A DNA stretch of 35,160 bases from an uncultured Myxococcaceae bacterium (GCA_964485035.1 CAZAIE010000001.1:1-35160); one strand, 5' to 3'. Shown: positions 26,078 to 35,080, numbered from the stretch's first letter. Numbers and translations: made by a program. The notes: generated by a model not told the origin, from the sequence alone.

Positions 26078-27364
26078 TCAACGCAGGCGCAGCAGCCCCT
26101 TGGGGGACAGCCCGCTGGTCTTGCCCCAAGGTTCCGGCGCATTCCCGGATTCGGGAGCAATCGACGAGGTGTCGACCCGCTCGATGGTCGAGGAGTTGTC
26201 GCGCACCCCCAGCACCACCCCCTGCCGCAGCTCCTCCATCCAGTCGTAGGGACCCGCGACCGCCAGGCGCCCTGCCCCGCCCGCGTGCTGGTGCCACGTC
26301 CGCGCCGCCACCGCGAAGCCGCTGCTGAACACCGCCAGCATCCCCGTGGGGGTCCCAGTCTTGTCCACGTGCTTCAGCGAGAAGATGAAGCCCCCGGCCG
26401 AGAGCGGCGCCGCCGAGTAGGCTCCCTGGACGGTGCAGGCCTCCGAGTCCGCGTCCCGGTACTGCGCCGACGCCTTGTCCGAGCCGTCCGACGACGAGGG
26501 CGACAGGCGCAGGTACGAGGAATCCGCCGTCGCTCCTGCCACCACCATGCCCTCGAGCGGCGCGAGGCCCGCATACCCCGGCGCGATCCGGTCGGTCGTG
26601 ACGTCCGTCAGCCGCCACAGCTCGGCGTCCGCCTGCCCGCGCCCGGTGGTCACGAAGAGCGTGGTCCCCAGGGCGGCCATGGCGCGGATGACCTTGCTCC
26701 CGAGCGCCGTCGCGAGCTCCGGGTAGTCGCGCAGCCGGTTCCCCTTCAGGTCGTAGACCGCGACCGCCGCGTTGGCGCCGTCGAGCCCGCCCACCGCCAC
26801 GCCATCGCTCATCCGCGCGAGGGCCCGCGGGCTCTTCATCCCCGCGAGCGTGAGCGAGCCCGCCTGCTCCCCCCCGCTGTCGAAGACCACCACCCGGCTC
26901 GAGGTCGCCTGGTCGACGACCCACAGGTTGCCCGCCCACCGCGTCTCCAGCTGCCGCACGGTGCACGCGTCCGGGTCGTCCAGGTACGAGAGCGTGACGA
27001 AGTGCGTGACGGTGGTGTCGCGGAAGTCCACCGGGAGGGGCTTGTCCCTCAAGAGCTGGATGCGCACCTGCCCGGTCGTCGCGTCCTGCTTCACCCCGAA
27101 GGAGAGGTCCACCGAGGACCGCAGCGGCTTGAAGGCCACCTCGCGGCCGCCGCTGGGGAGGCTGCACTCGAACTCGGCGATCTCCTTGACCAGGTTCTGC
27201 GGCACCGCCCCGGTGACCGGCGCGCAGCTGAACTCGGGCCCGGGCCGCTTGCAGACCGGGGCGACCACCGCCGCGTCGGACGGGTAGCCGCCGTCCGCGC
27301 CGTAGATGTCCTGCGGGCAGCCGGTGAGGAGCGCGAGGAGGGGGAACGCCGCCAGTCGAAGCAT
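26078..27364 (-). CDS. Lipoprotein, beta-propeller-like, function unknown (428 aa)
   Basis: Internal ATG at 27364: MLRLAAFPLLALLTGC (lipobox). Repeated strand-rich segments (WVVDQATSSRVVVFD, AVAVYDLKGN, TLFVTTGRG...). It starts 5 nt after the stop of the upstream lipoprotein gene. Confidence 0.75.
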   Translation of the reverse strand: MLRLAAFPLLALLTGCPQDIYGADGGYPSDAAVVAPVCKRPGPEFSCAPVTGAVPQNLVKEIAEFECSLPSGGREVAFKPLRSSVDLSFGVKQDATTGQVRIQLLRDKPLPVDFRDTTVTHFVTLSYLDDPDACTVRQLETRWAGNLWVVDQATSSRVVVFDSGGEQAGSLTLAGMKSPRALARMSDGVAVGGLDGANAAVAVYDLKGNRLRDYPELATALGSKVIRAMAALGTTLFVTTGRGQADAELWRLTDVTTDRIAPGYAGLAPLEGMVVAGATADSSYLRLSPSSSDGSDKASAQYRDADSEACTVQGAYSAAPLSAGGFIFSLKHVDKTGTPTGMLAVFSSGFAVAARTWHQHAGGAGRLAVAGPYDWMEELRQGVVLGVRDNSSTIERVDTSSIAPESGNAPEPWGKTSGLSPKGLLRLR

Positions 27365-27369
27365 CTTGG

Positions 27370-28746
27370 CTAGAGACCCGGGGTGGTCAGGCGGACCAGC
27401 CCCGCGCCCACCGGCATGTAGTGACCCTGCGGCCCCACGTCCCAAGGCGGGGTGATCTCCTTGAGCGTCGTCATGTCGAAGCGCCGCACCAGGATGTTGC
27501 CCACCGTGTTGCCGTACGCGCCCAGCGCCAGGTACTCGGCGCCGTGCACCGCGAGCGCGGTCATCTCCGGGTAGGAGCTCTTCCCCTCGCCGACCTGCTC
27601 CACGCCCAACGTGGGGTTGAGCAGGTAGAGGGGATCGCCGTTGGTGCTGTCGCCGTTGATGCCACAGAGCAGCCGCGCGTCGGGAAGGCCCAGCAGCGCC
27701 GAGTAGTTGGCGAAGCCGTTGTTCTCCGCAAGCACGCAGCCGCTGCTCACGTAGGTCTTCTCGTCGAAGAGGCAGATGCTGCGCCGCTCGCTGGAGGACA
27801 CGGCCATCTTCCCGTCGGTGCGCCGGGCGATGCTGGTGAACACCCAGGGGTTGTTGGTCTCGGGGCTGGGAACGAACTGCCGCAGCTCACCCGTCCCCGG
27901 GTTGAACACCGCGATGCCCCACACCTTGTTCTCGCGCGCGCCGGTGACCCACAATTCGCCCAGCGACGAGACCGCCATCTGCCGCGGACCGACACTCCCG
28001 AACGTCCCCGTGTCGTCCCAGATGGGCACGTAGCCCTTCCATCTATCGGTGGCCTCGAACGAAGCGGGGGCCTGCTCCACGCCCTGCCGGTTGAAGACCT
28101 TGATCGCCTTGGTGGACATCGACGAGACGGCGATGTCCCCAGACGGCAGCATTCGCAGGTCCGAGACGCCCTTGATGCCCGTCTGCCCGACCACATTGCG
28201 CAGGTACGCGCCGTCGGAGAGGTGGACGAAGATGCCAACCCCGCCCGTGGAGGTCCCGTCGCCGATCCAGTAGTTGCCCAGGACCGTGACCGTCGCCGTG
28301 CCCTCGCCGTACTCGCTGGCCTTCGCCGCGTTGCGCACGCGCACGTTGATGGTCACGACCGTGTCCGGGAAGTTCGTGGGGTGCACGTAGCCGGGCTTGC
28401 CGGTCGAGAGCGAGAAGAGCACCTGCCCCACCTGCGAGCCGTTCGCGAGTTCGATGCCAGCGGAGGGACTCGCCGTCAGCTCGGGCATGCTCAGCGACTT
28501 GCCGCCCGAGTCGATGTTGCAGTTGATGCGCACCTGGGTGTTCACCGGGACCGCGGCCGGAACCGGGTCACAGGTCACCACGATGCCGCTCGAGCCGCCG
28601 CCGCCGTCGCGCCGCGTGCCGCCGTCGCCTTCCTCGATGGGCTTGTTGGGATCGCCGGTGTCGGGACCGTCGGCGGTCCCGCCGCAGTTGCAGCCCACGA
28701 AGGTGGTGACGAGAATGGCCAGCCCAAGGAGTCGAACAGTCATCAT
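27370..28746 (-). CDS. Lipoprotein with an N-terminal Ig-like domain and an NHL/YncE-like beta-propeller, function unknown (458 aa)
   Basis: Internal ATGATG at 28746/28743: MMTVRLLGLAILVTTFVGC (lipobox), a G/D-rich linker, an Ig-like segment (VVTCDPVPAAVPVNTQVRINC...TATVTVLG), then propeller-like blades (DIAVSSMSTKAIKVFNRQG, ELWVTGARENKVWGIAVFNPGTG, KMAVSSSERRSICLFD). The 141 upstream residues in the track ORF are junk. Confidence 0.78.
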   Translation of the reverse strand: MMTVRLLGLAILVTTFVGCNCGGTADGPDTGDPNKPIEEGDGGTRRDGGGGSSGIVVTCDPVPAAVPVNTQVRINCNIDSGGKSLSMPELTASPSAGIELANGSQVGQVLFSLSTGKPGYVHPTNFPDTVVTINVRVRNAAKASEYGEGTATVTVLGNYWIGDGTSTGGVGIFVHLSDGAYLRNVVGQTGIKGVSDLRMLPSGDIAVSSMSTKAIKVFNRQGVEQAPASFEATDRWKGYVPIWDDTGTFGSVGPRQMAVSSLGELWVTGARENKVWGIAVFNPGTGELRQFVPSPETNNPWVFTSIARRTDGKMAVSSSERRSICLFDEKTYVSSGCVLAENNGFANYSALLGLPDARLLCGINGDSTNGDPLYLLNPTLGVEQVGEGKSSYPEMTALAVHGAEYLALGAYGNTVGNILVRRFDMTTLKEITPPWDVGPQGHYMPVGAGLVRLTTPGL

Positions 28747-29353
28747 GGCCTCGCGAGTATATCCCCGCCCCGCAACGGTCCCGGAACTCATCCTTGCTTC
28801 CACTTCGAAGTTCCGCCAAGCGCTTCTTGCTGGGGCCCGGCTGCCCTTCCGGGCCGTCTCCCCAGACGTGGACGAGTCCGCGCCGGCAGGAACTCCCCCG
28901 CGGACGCTGGCGCGCAGGCTCGCGCTGGAGAAGGCCCAGGCGGTCGCCGCACGGTTCCCCGAGGCGCTGGTGATCGGCTCGGACCAGACGCCCGACGTGG
29001 GAGGACGGCTGCTGCGCAAGCCCACCACGCGCGCCGAGGCGAAGCGCCAGCTCACGGCGCTCTCGGGACGAGACCACTTCCTCCACACTGCCGTCGCGCT
29101 GGTCCGCCTCGAGCCCCGGGTGCGGCTGGTGCAGGTCGAGTCGGTGCGCATCACCTTCCGCAAGCTCACCAGCCGGGAGATCGAGCGTTACCTGGACACC
29201 GAGGAGTGGCAGGGCTGCGCCGGTGGCTACCGGGTCGAGGGCGCGGGCATCCAGCTCATGCGCGCCATGCGCGGCGACTACCACGCCATCGTCGGGCTGC
29301 CCATGCTCCGGCTCGTGGGCATGCTGGAGTCGGTCGGGTACCCGCTGCTGTAG
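28745..29353 (+). CDS. maf: Maf-like nucleoside triphosphate pyrophosphatase (YceF/YhdE family)
   Basis: MASRVYPRPATVPELILASTSKFRQALLAGARLPFRAVSPDVDES...VIGSDQT...RKPTTRAEAKRQLTALSGR...FRKLTSREIERYLDTEEWQGCAGGYRVEGAGIQLM. ATG at 28745 is the only start upstream of the conserved LILAS motif. Confidence 0.82.
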   Translation: MASRVYPRPATVPELILASTSKFRQALLAGARLPFRAVSPDVDESAPAGTPPRTLARRLALEKAQAVAARFPEALVIGSDQTPDVGGRLLRKPTTRAEAKRQLTALSGRDHFLHTAVALVRLEPRVRLVQVESVRITFRKLTSREIERYLDTEEWQGCAGGYRVEGAGIQLMRAMRGDYHAIVGLPMLRLVGMLESVGYPLL

Positions 29354-29502
29354 CGGACGTCGCATCCCGGGCGGGACGCTCGGAACCGCCAGGCTCCCAG
29401 CTTCGGCAGGTGAAGTTCACTTAGAAAGCCCGGGAGGGACGCCCGAAGCCACGGGACCCCCTTCCGGGGGATCGGACTCACTGGAACAGTCCTTCTTGGA
29501 CC

Positions 29503-29518
29503 TTTTCGGGCCCGAAAA
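29503..29518. repeat. Perfect 16-nt palindrome TTTTCGGGCCCGAAAA in the maf / peptidase convergent intergenic region
   Basis: Read directly from the sequence; it is its own reverse complement. Confidence 0.9.
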
Positions 29519-29649
29519 CCGCTCCTGGGCTCCAAGGAGGCTCCAGGAGAGGTCTTGCCAGGGCCATGCGGGCTTTATTTCGAAGCCCTGCCCAAGGTCC
29601 TGGCGGCCTCCCAGAGGCCTTCTCGAGGCTCTTCCCTAGACCCGCAACC

Positions 29650-29675
29650 AGCTGAAATCAAATCGAATTTCAGCT
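29650..29675. terminator. AT-rich hairpin immediately downstream of the minus-strand peptidase gene stop
   Basis: agctgaaat-caaatcga-atttcagct: a 9-bp perfect stem, 5 nt from the stop at 29681-29683. It is the most AT-rich spot in the window. There is no clear U-tract. Confidence 0.4.
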
Positions 29676-29680
29676 TGCCT

Positions 29681-31048
29681 TCAGGGCGGCAGAGTCGCCC
29701 GGACCGCCGCGTCGAGGTCATCCAGGCCCAGGCCATAGACCGCCCGCAGCGCCTGGTCGTCGGACTTCCCCGCGGCGAGCGCGTCGATCAACTGGCCCGC
29801 CTTCCCGGAGTAGTTGTCCTCGAGGTGGCGCGCGACCGCGCAGGCGAAGTCGTAGCCCTCGCGGGACTGGGCATAGTTCCCCGACCACGGGTAGGTCTCG
29901 AGCGACGAGAGCTTCGGGGCCCGCGGTCCACGGATGGACTGGCAGAGCGGCGCTCCCGAGAACCCAGGGCGCCCGCCTCCGATGCCGAACACCGCCGCGA
30001 AGTAGGTCGCGAAGCCCTCGTGGACCCACTTGGGCGCGTCGGTCCGGCTCTGGATGACGACGTGCACGAACTCGTGGGCGAAGAGCTCCTCGTTGCCGGT
30101 CACCGCCTGGCCGAAGCTCGTGTAGACGGCGCCGGAGGCGAAGCCCGACCGCTGGCCCACCCACCGACGGCCGAACTGGCGCTCCCACTCCTGGGACGTG
30201 AAGAGCTGGACTGGCACGGGCTCGCTCGGACACGGCCCCATGCGCGCGCACACCACTGACCAGACCCGCTCGAGGATCTCGTGGACCTGCGTGGCGTAGG
30301 ACTCGTTCGCCTGGGGCGAGCCGCGATCGCTGAAGGTCAACCGGTAGTGCGGGGTGGTCGAGGTGTGGCAGTTCTCCGAAGGGTTCGTGAGACTCGCGCC
30401 GAGCCGCCGGCCCGCGGGCTTCGGCTTGGCCTTCGGCGGTTCGGCAGGTTCGGGGACCACAGCGGCGACCGGCGGTAGCGGCTCCACGACCACACGGCCC
30501 GGCTTCGGCTCCACCCGCGCTCCCGGCCGGGGCTGGCAGCGCGCGACCCCGTCCGCGGCGATGCCCGAGAGCGGGGAGGTCGAGGGAACACGTCGCCACA
30601 GCGCGAGCGCCGCGGGAAGGTCACCCCCGCTCTCCTTCAGGTGCGCGAGCCGGGCGAGCGCCTGGGCATCGTCGGGACGCAGCCGGAGCAAGCCCGTCAG
30701 CCCTTCGACCTCTGCGGCGGTATCCCGCTCGCGCGCGGCGCGGGATGCGAGCTCCTGCAGGCGCACGACGCTGGGCTCGAGCTCGACCGCACGGCGAAGG
30801 AGGAAGAGTCCCTGGCCACCGGGCGCCCCCGACGCCGCGGTGGTCAGCGTGGCTGCGAGCCGGGGACGCTGCCGGACGGGGACCTCCTCGAGATCCAGCG
30901 AGGCGAGCTCCAGGGTGAGCAAGTCGAGGGATCCGCGAGCGAGCACCGTCTCGAAGCGACGAGAGACATCGGGCGCTGCAGTCTGGACCAGCGCGGCGAC
31001 GAGCACGAGAGCGAGCATGCGAGGATTCTCGCGCGTCCCGCGGCGCAT
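29681..31048 (-). CDS. Secreted MA-clan zinc metallopeptidase (HExxH ... HEGxA, DUF1570-like) with an N-terminal TPR-like region
   Basis: MRRGTRENPRMLALVLVAALVQTAAP looks like a signal. Helical repeats and a P/A/K linker follow, then LFAHEFVHVVIQ...WVHEGFATYF. The start is uncertain (candidates 31126, 31075, 31048, 31018). Confidence 0.78.
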   Translation of the reverse strand: MRRGTRENPRMLALVLVAALVQTAAPDVSRRFETVLARGSLDLLTLELASLDLEEVPVRQRPRLAATLTTAASGAPGGQGLFLLRRAVELEPSVVRLQELASRAARERDTAAEVEGLTGLLRLRPDDAQALARLAHLKESGGDLPAALALWRRVPSTSPLSGIAADGVARCQPRPGARVEPKPGRVVVEPLPPVAAVVPEPAEPPKAKPKPAGRRLGASLTNPSENCHTSTTPHYRLTFSDRGSPQANESYATQVHEILERVWSVVCARMGPCPSEPVPVQLFTSQEWERQFGRRWVGQRSGFASGAVYTSFGQAVTGNEELFAHEFVHVVIQSRTDAPKWVHEGFATYFAAVFGIGGGRPGFSGAPLCQSIRGPRAPKLSSLETYPWSGNYAQSREGYDFACAVARHLEDNYSGKAGQLIDALAAGKSDDQALRAVYGLGLDDLDAAVRATLPP

Positions 31049-31171
31049 GGGCCAGCCGTGCGTGCGGTCGAGCATGCAGGCAGGCGGGCTCGGCTTTGCC
31101 TGATGGGTGGGCGTCCGGCCCGCCAACCCGCCCTTGAAGGAGCGGACCCCGCACCGCAGAATCCTTGCGTC

Positions 31172-31621
31172 ATGACCGTCTCGGAGCTCTGCCAGAGCTG
31201 TGGCCTGTGCTGCCGGGGAGCGCTGTTCCGGTACGCCGCGCTACTCCCGGAAGAGCGGCCACGACTCGAGCCGCACGGCATCCGGCCCTACACCCGCCGG
31301 GACGGACGCTCGGCGATGCCCCTGCCCTGCCGCGGACTGGAGGGCACCAAGTGCGCCCTGTACCAGGACCGCCCCCGGGCGTGCGACGCCTACTTCTGCC
31401 AGGTGGTCTTCGAATACCGGCAGGGCAAGCTCACCACGGAGGCTGCGCTCGGGATCGTCCAGGAGGCACAAGCCCGCTTCCAGCGACTGGTCGAGGCGCT
31501 GCCGCCGAAGCTACCGGACGATCCAGATTCGGAGCTGGAGCGGGCGCACCTCCACGGACTGGTGGAAGGCCCGGCACCGTTGAGATCCGTCGAGGCGTTC
31601 CTGCAGGAGCACTTCTTGTAG
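31172..31621 (+). CDS. YkgJ-family cysteine-cluster protein (UPF0153)
   Basis: MTVSELCQSCGLCCRGALF...PLPCRGLEGTKCALYQDRPRACDAYFC shows the CxxCxxCC ... C...C.Y..RP..C pattern. It is the natural tail of the track ORF 30641..31621. Confidence 0.8.
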   Translation: MTVSELCQSCGLCCRGALFRYAALLPEERPRLEPHGIRPYTRRDGRSAMPLPCRGLEGTKCALYQDRPRACDAYFCQVVFEYRQGKLTTEAALGIVQEAQARFQRLVEALPPKLPDDPDSELERAHLHGLVEGPAPLRSVEAFLQEHFL

Positions 31622-31662
31622 AGGGAAGTGACTGCGCCCTCCCCTCGAGCCCGGAAGCCGGT

Positions 31663-32316
31663 TCACCAGACCATCGACGCCTTCACCGACGCGCCGGCCT
31701 TGCGCCATCCCTCTTCGATGGTGGCCATCGGCTTCCCGCTCTCCGTCGCGATGCCGGCGGTGATCAGCTCGACCTGATAGCCCCGATTCCGCGCCCCGAG
31801 GGCCGTCGAGGTGACGCAGTACGCGGCATCGAGCCCGACGACGAGCAGCCGGTTCACCTGGTTGGCGCGCAGGTACTCGTCCAACTTGGGGTTGATGAAG
31901 GCGTCGCCCTTGGACTTCGTGAAGAGCGGCGCCCCCGGTGGCCTGGTCAGGCGGCGATCCATCTCGGTGCCGGGCGCGCCGGGAGCGTTGACCCCGCCCA
32001 TCATCGCGGAGAAGAGCGGGTTCTCGACGACGTTCTGGACGAAGACGACCAGCGCGCCGTGCTCCACCGCTTGCGCGATGAGGGCGTTGCTCGCGTCCAC
32101 AATCCGGGTGGCGTCGCGGTAGGGCTTCTTGGCCTGGGGCCCGGTGAAGTCCTCCTGGATGTCGACGACGAGGAGGGCAGTCTTGGGCGCCGCGTACGCG
32201 GGAACCTGCGGGCCGGTGGTCGGGGCGCCGATCCAGGAGACCAGCGCGAAGAGCCCGCCCGCGAGCAGCACGGCGAGGACGAGGAGCGAGAGCAGGAGTC
32301 GCTTGAGCAGCTTCAT
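31663..32316 (-). CDS. Membrane-anchored isochorismatase-family (cysteine) hydrolase
   Basis: Internal ATG at 32316: MKLLKRLLLSLLVLAVLLAGGLFALV (TM anchor), then TALLVVDIQEDF...FTKSKGDAF...LLVVGLDAAYCVTSTALGA (D, K, C catalytic-triad context). Confidence 0.82.
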   Translation of the reverse strand: MKLLKRLLLSLLVLAVLLAGGLFALVSWIGAPTTGPQVPAYAAPKTALLVVDIQEDFTGPQAKKPYRDATRIVDASNALIAQAVEHGALVVFVQNVVENPLFSAMMGGVNAPGAPGTEMDRRLTRPPGAPLFTKSKGDAFINPKLDEYLRANQVNRLLVVGLDAAYCVTSTALGARNRGYQVELITAGIATESGKPMATIEEGWRKAGASVKASMVW

Positions 32317-32684
32317 GGGGCGTTCATAGCAGCGCTCGGGCCTCGCCGTCTGGGCGGTTCCCGTGTACCCCCCGAAGCAACTGCCGGAGGTCCACAGGTG
32401 GCCGTCCGTGGCGATCAGCTCGCCAAGCACAGTTCACGTGCGGCCGCGGTGGCATGGCCAAGCCCTGGGCCGTCGCACGCTTCAACCATGCCACGAGCTT
32501 GCGACGCAGCGTCAACGTGGGCGCCCCGTCCCGCGGGGTTCGCTGCGGCGCACCGGCTGTGCGAATGACGACGAGGCCGGGGATGACGATCCGCAAGAAG
32601 CACCGCGGCGTGGAAGTGGAGCGAGAGGGCGTGCGTGAATGATTCGGGCTGGGCGCTTCCAAGCCGCAGAGGTAGGAAGTGCGC

Positions 32685-33861
32685 ATGAGACTGAGTGTTT
32701 CAACGAACTTCGATGATGCACTGCTCGAGGGCCTCGCCGGCACCGAGGTTGAGTGCGTCTACGGCAAGCTCTCCGAGGACGCGGTGGGCGGCGGGCGACC
32801 ATCGGTCATGCTCCCCGCTGTGGACCGCGACCGGCTCGCCCGCCACGTGGCCCGGGCACACGAGCTGGGACTGGAGTTCAACTACCTGCTCAACGCCAGC
32901 TGCATGGACAACCGGGAGTTGACGAAGAAGGGCTACGGGCAGCTCGCCGAGCTCATCGACTGGCTGCGCAGCGTCAAGGTCGACGCAGTCACGGTGACGA
33001 TGTCGGTGCTGATCCCCATCCTGCGCGAGCGAGCGCCCGATCTACCTGTTGCGGTCTCCAGCCTGGCGATCATCGACACGGTGGAAAAAGCACGGCAGTT
33101 CGAGCGCCTGGGCGTGGAGGAGCTCACCCTCTACGAAGACCTGAACCGCAACTTCGCGCTGCTCCGCAAGCTGCGCCGAAGCGTCTCCTGCGACCTGCGG
33201 CTCATCGCCACCAACAGCTGCCTGCCGGCTGTCCTGTCGCGACCGGGTCTCCCACACCAACGCCAACGCCCATGCGTCGCAAGCGGGCCATGCCACGCAG
33301 GGCTTTCTCGTGGACTGGCCCATCCTCGGCTGCATCGGGGCCCGGCTGGCCAGCCCGGTGGAGCTGCTCAGGGCGACCTTCATCCGCCCCGAGGACCTGC
33401 ACCGCTACGAGGAGCTCGGCTACGACCACTTCAAGCTCACCGAGCGCTTCAAGACGACTGAGCGGCTGCTGGAGACCGTGGCCGCCTACCGCGCCCGCCG
33501 CTTCGACGGCAACCTGATGCGGCTGCTGGGGACCTACGCCGCCGCGAGCGGGCTGCCGCCGAACTTCGAGGTGCTCTCGCGCTCGGGCATGGACCGGGAC
33601 GGCCTGTGCGAGGCCGCCCAGCCGCTCTTCGGAGCGCTCGGGCACGTGGTCGTCGACAATCGGGCCCTCGACGGATTCCTCGACTACTTCGTCGAGCACA
33701 GCCCTGACTGCCCCAACCTCGTCTGCGGCGACGAGTGCCGGCACTGCCACGGCTATCTCGAGCGCGCGGTGAAGCTGGACGGCGCGGTGCCGGGGCTCAA
33801 CCAGTCGTTCGCCGACTTCTTCGCGAGGTTGGCCAAGGGGCCAGGTGGCGCCCCTCTTTGA
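32685..33861 (+). pseudogene. U32-family peptidase-like protein interrupted by a +1 frameshift near 33228
   Basis: Frame A (32679/32685..) reads ...LRLIATNSCLP and then degenerates (AVLSRPGLPHQRQRP...). Frame B reads ...LSCRDRVSHTNANAHASQAGHATQGFLVDWPILGCIGARLASPVELLRATFIRPEDLHRYEELGYDHFKLTER...CGDECRHCHGY through to 33861. Removing one base around 33226-33230 joins them as NSCLPLSCRDRVSHTN. ATG at 32685 has GGAAG 6 nt upstream. Confidence 0.7.
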
Positions 33862-34018
33862 GTTCCGCGCAGGGGGCTGCGGATGCCTGTCGCAGTCTGC
33901 CCCCGGTCACCCACGAGTGCGGGACGGCTGCACGCCGCCGCGGCGACGAGCAAGAGCGCCGGCCACCAGCTGGTCCCTTTCCCCCGGGTCGCGTTCCCCT
34001 GCCGTGCTCGCTTCGTGG

Positions 34019-34549
34019 TCAGGGACACTTCTCGTCGGTGCGCTTGCCCGTGGGGAGATGGACCGACCAGCAGCGGTCAGCGCGGTACGCAGAGCCGTCC
34101 CACTTCTGGAGGTGGTACGAGGCGCTGATCGCCGTGTGGGCGACCGTCACGATATCCCGCATGCCCCGCGTGGTCGTCTTCTGGATCTCCAGCTCGTCGA
34201 GGATGGAGTCGAACACCAGCGCGTAGCCCACCGGCGTCTTCAGGAAGAGCCAGAACGGGGTCGCGTGCGCGCCCTGGAGGCAGTACCTGCCGGCGGTCAC
34301 CACCAGGTCCGCGTGGCCATCGTGGTTGAGGTCGAGCGCAGAGGCCGCGAAGAAGCTGCGCGTCGCGGACTCAGGGAGCTGCTTGTCCGCAAGGCACTGC
34401 GCCACGTCCCCGCCCCGCTGCTTCAGGAGCGGCTCGAGCACCGCCTGGGGAATCGGGACGGGACGCCGGATGGCTCCCTCCGAGTAGAAGAAGGTCTGCT
34501 CGGGAGTTGCGGACGCGACTGCCAGGACCAGGACGAGCGTGGGGATCAT
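34019..34549 (-). CDS. Secreted hypothetical protein (176 aa)
   Basis: MIPTLVLVLAVASA is signal-like. Composition is natural, with a DLNHDGHADLVV (FG-GAP/VCBS-like) motif and four Cys. I recognise no family. Confidence 0.6.
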   Translation of the reverse strand: MIPTLVLVLAVASATPEQTFFYSEGAIRRPVPIPQAVLEPLLKQRGGDVAQCLADKQLPESATRSFFAASALDLNHDGHADLVVTAGRYCLQGAHATPFWLFLKTPVGYALVFDSILDELEIQKTTTRGMRDIVTVAHTAISASYHLQKWDGSAYRADRCWSVHLPTGKRTDEKCP

Positions 34550-34594
34550 CGGTGAGTGCTCACGGGGTTGGGGTTGGTCCTGCGATCAGTCAGA

Positions 34595-35080
34595 TCAGAC
34601 AATACCGAGTCGGGCGAGCCTGGCGAGGTCGGGTGGAACCAGCGCGAAGTCGTTGCCCGCGCCAAAGAGCCCCGCGCCCACGGGACACCACCGCACGGTG
34701 GCGCCGCGCCGCTCGAGCCCTGCGTTCGCGAGCTCGACGAGGCGGCCATACAGCTCCATGAACGCCTCGCGGTCCCCCTCGGTGCCCAGCACCTCCTGCT
34801 CGCAGCGGTACGCCGTCACGGCCCCCGCTGCAGAGGTGAGGGCCTCGACCTCGAAGCCCGGGAGATGACGCGCCGTGGACGCCGAGAAGCGCGCGGCGAG
34901 CGTGGGGTCGTCGAACGGATGCTCCTGGCGGTCCGGGTACTCCTGATGCTCCCAGTCGATGAGCAGCGTCAGGCGCTCGCGAACGGCGGGGCCGAGCACC
35001 GGGTGCGGCTCACCGGCCTGCCGCACGTCCAAGCGCCCTTCCTCGAAGGCGACCTGCTCTGCGGAGGCTCGGCAGGCCAA
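34595..35080 (-). CDS. Hypothetical cytoplasmic protein (161 aa)
   Basis: Complete ORF with natural composition (…LLIDWEHQEYPDRQEHPFDDPTLAARF…FMELYGRLVELANAG…). TTG start with GGAAGGAAGG just upstream; the start is uncertain. I recognise no family. Confidence 0.5.
   Translation of the reverse strand: MACRASAEQVAFEEGRLDVRQAGEPHPVLGPAVRERLTLLIDWEHQEYPDRQEHPFDDPTLAARFSASTARHLPGFEVEALTSAAGAVTAYRCEQEVLGTEGDREAFMELYGRLVELANAGLERRGATVRWCPVGAGLFGAGNDFALVPPDLARLARLGIV

Noticed and set aside
27421-29424. 667-aa plus-strand ORF, plus the related long ORFs 25563..27167-, 25682..27373+, 23469..24731+, 14632..15822-, 19138..20400-, 18154..19122- and 9718..10812-
   Set aside because: All have R/G/A/P/H-dominated low-complexity composition and overlap genes with clear motif support. 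I treated them as shadow ORFs.
32317-32684. 368-bp divergent intergenic region with track ORFs 32324..32743- and 32454..32642+, considered as a possible gene remnant or mobile-element scar
   Set aside because: The translations have no recognisable transposase, integrase or other motifs. I saw no terminal inverted repeats or direct repeats. Most probably this is just a long promoter region.
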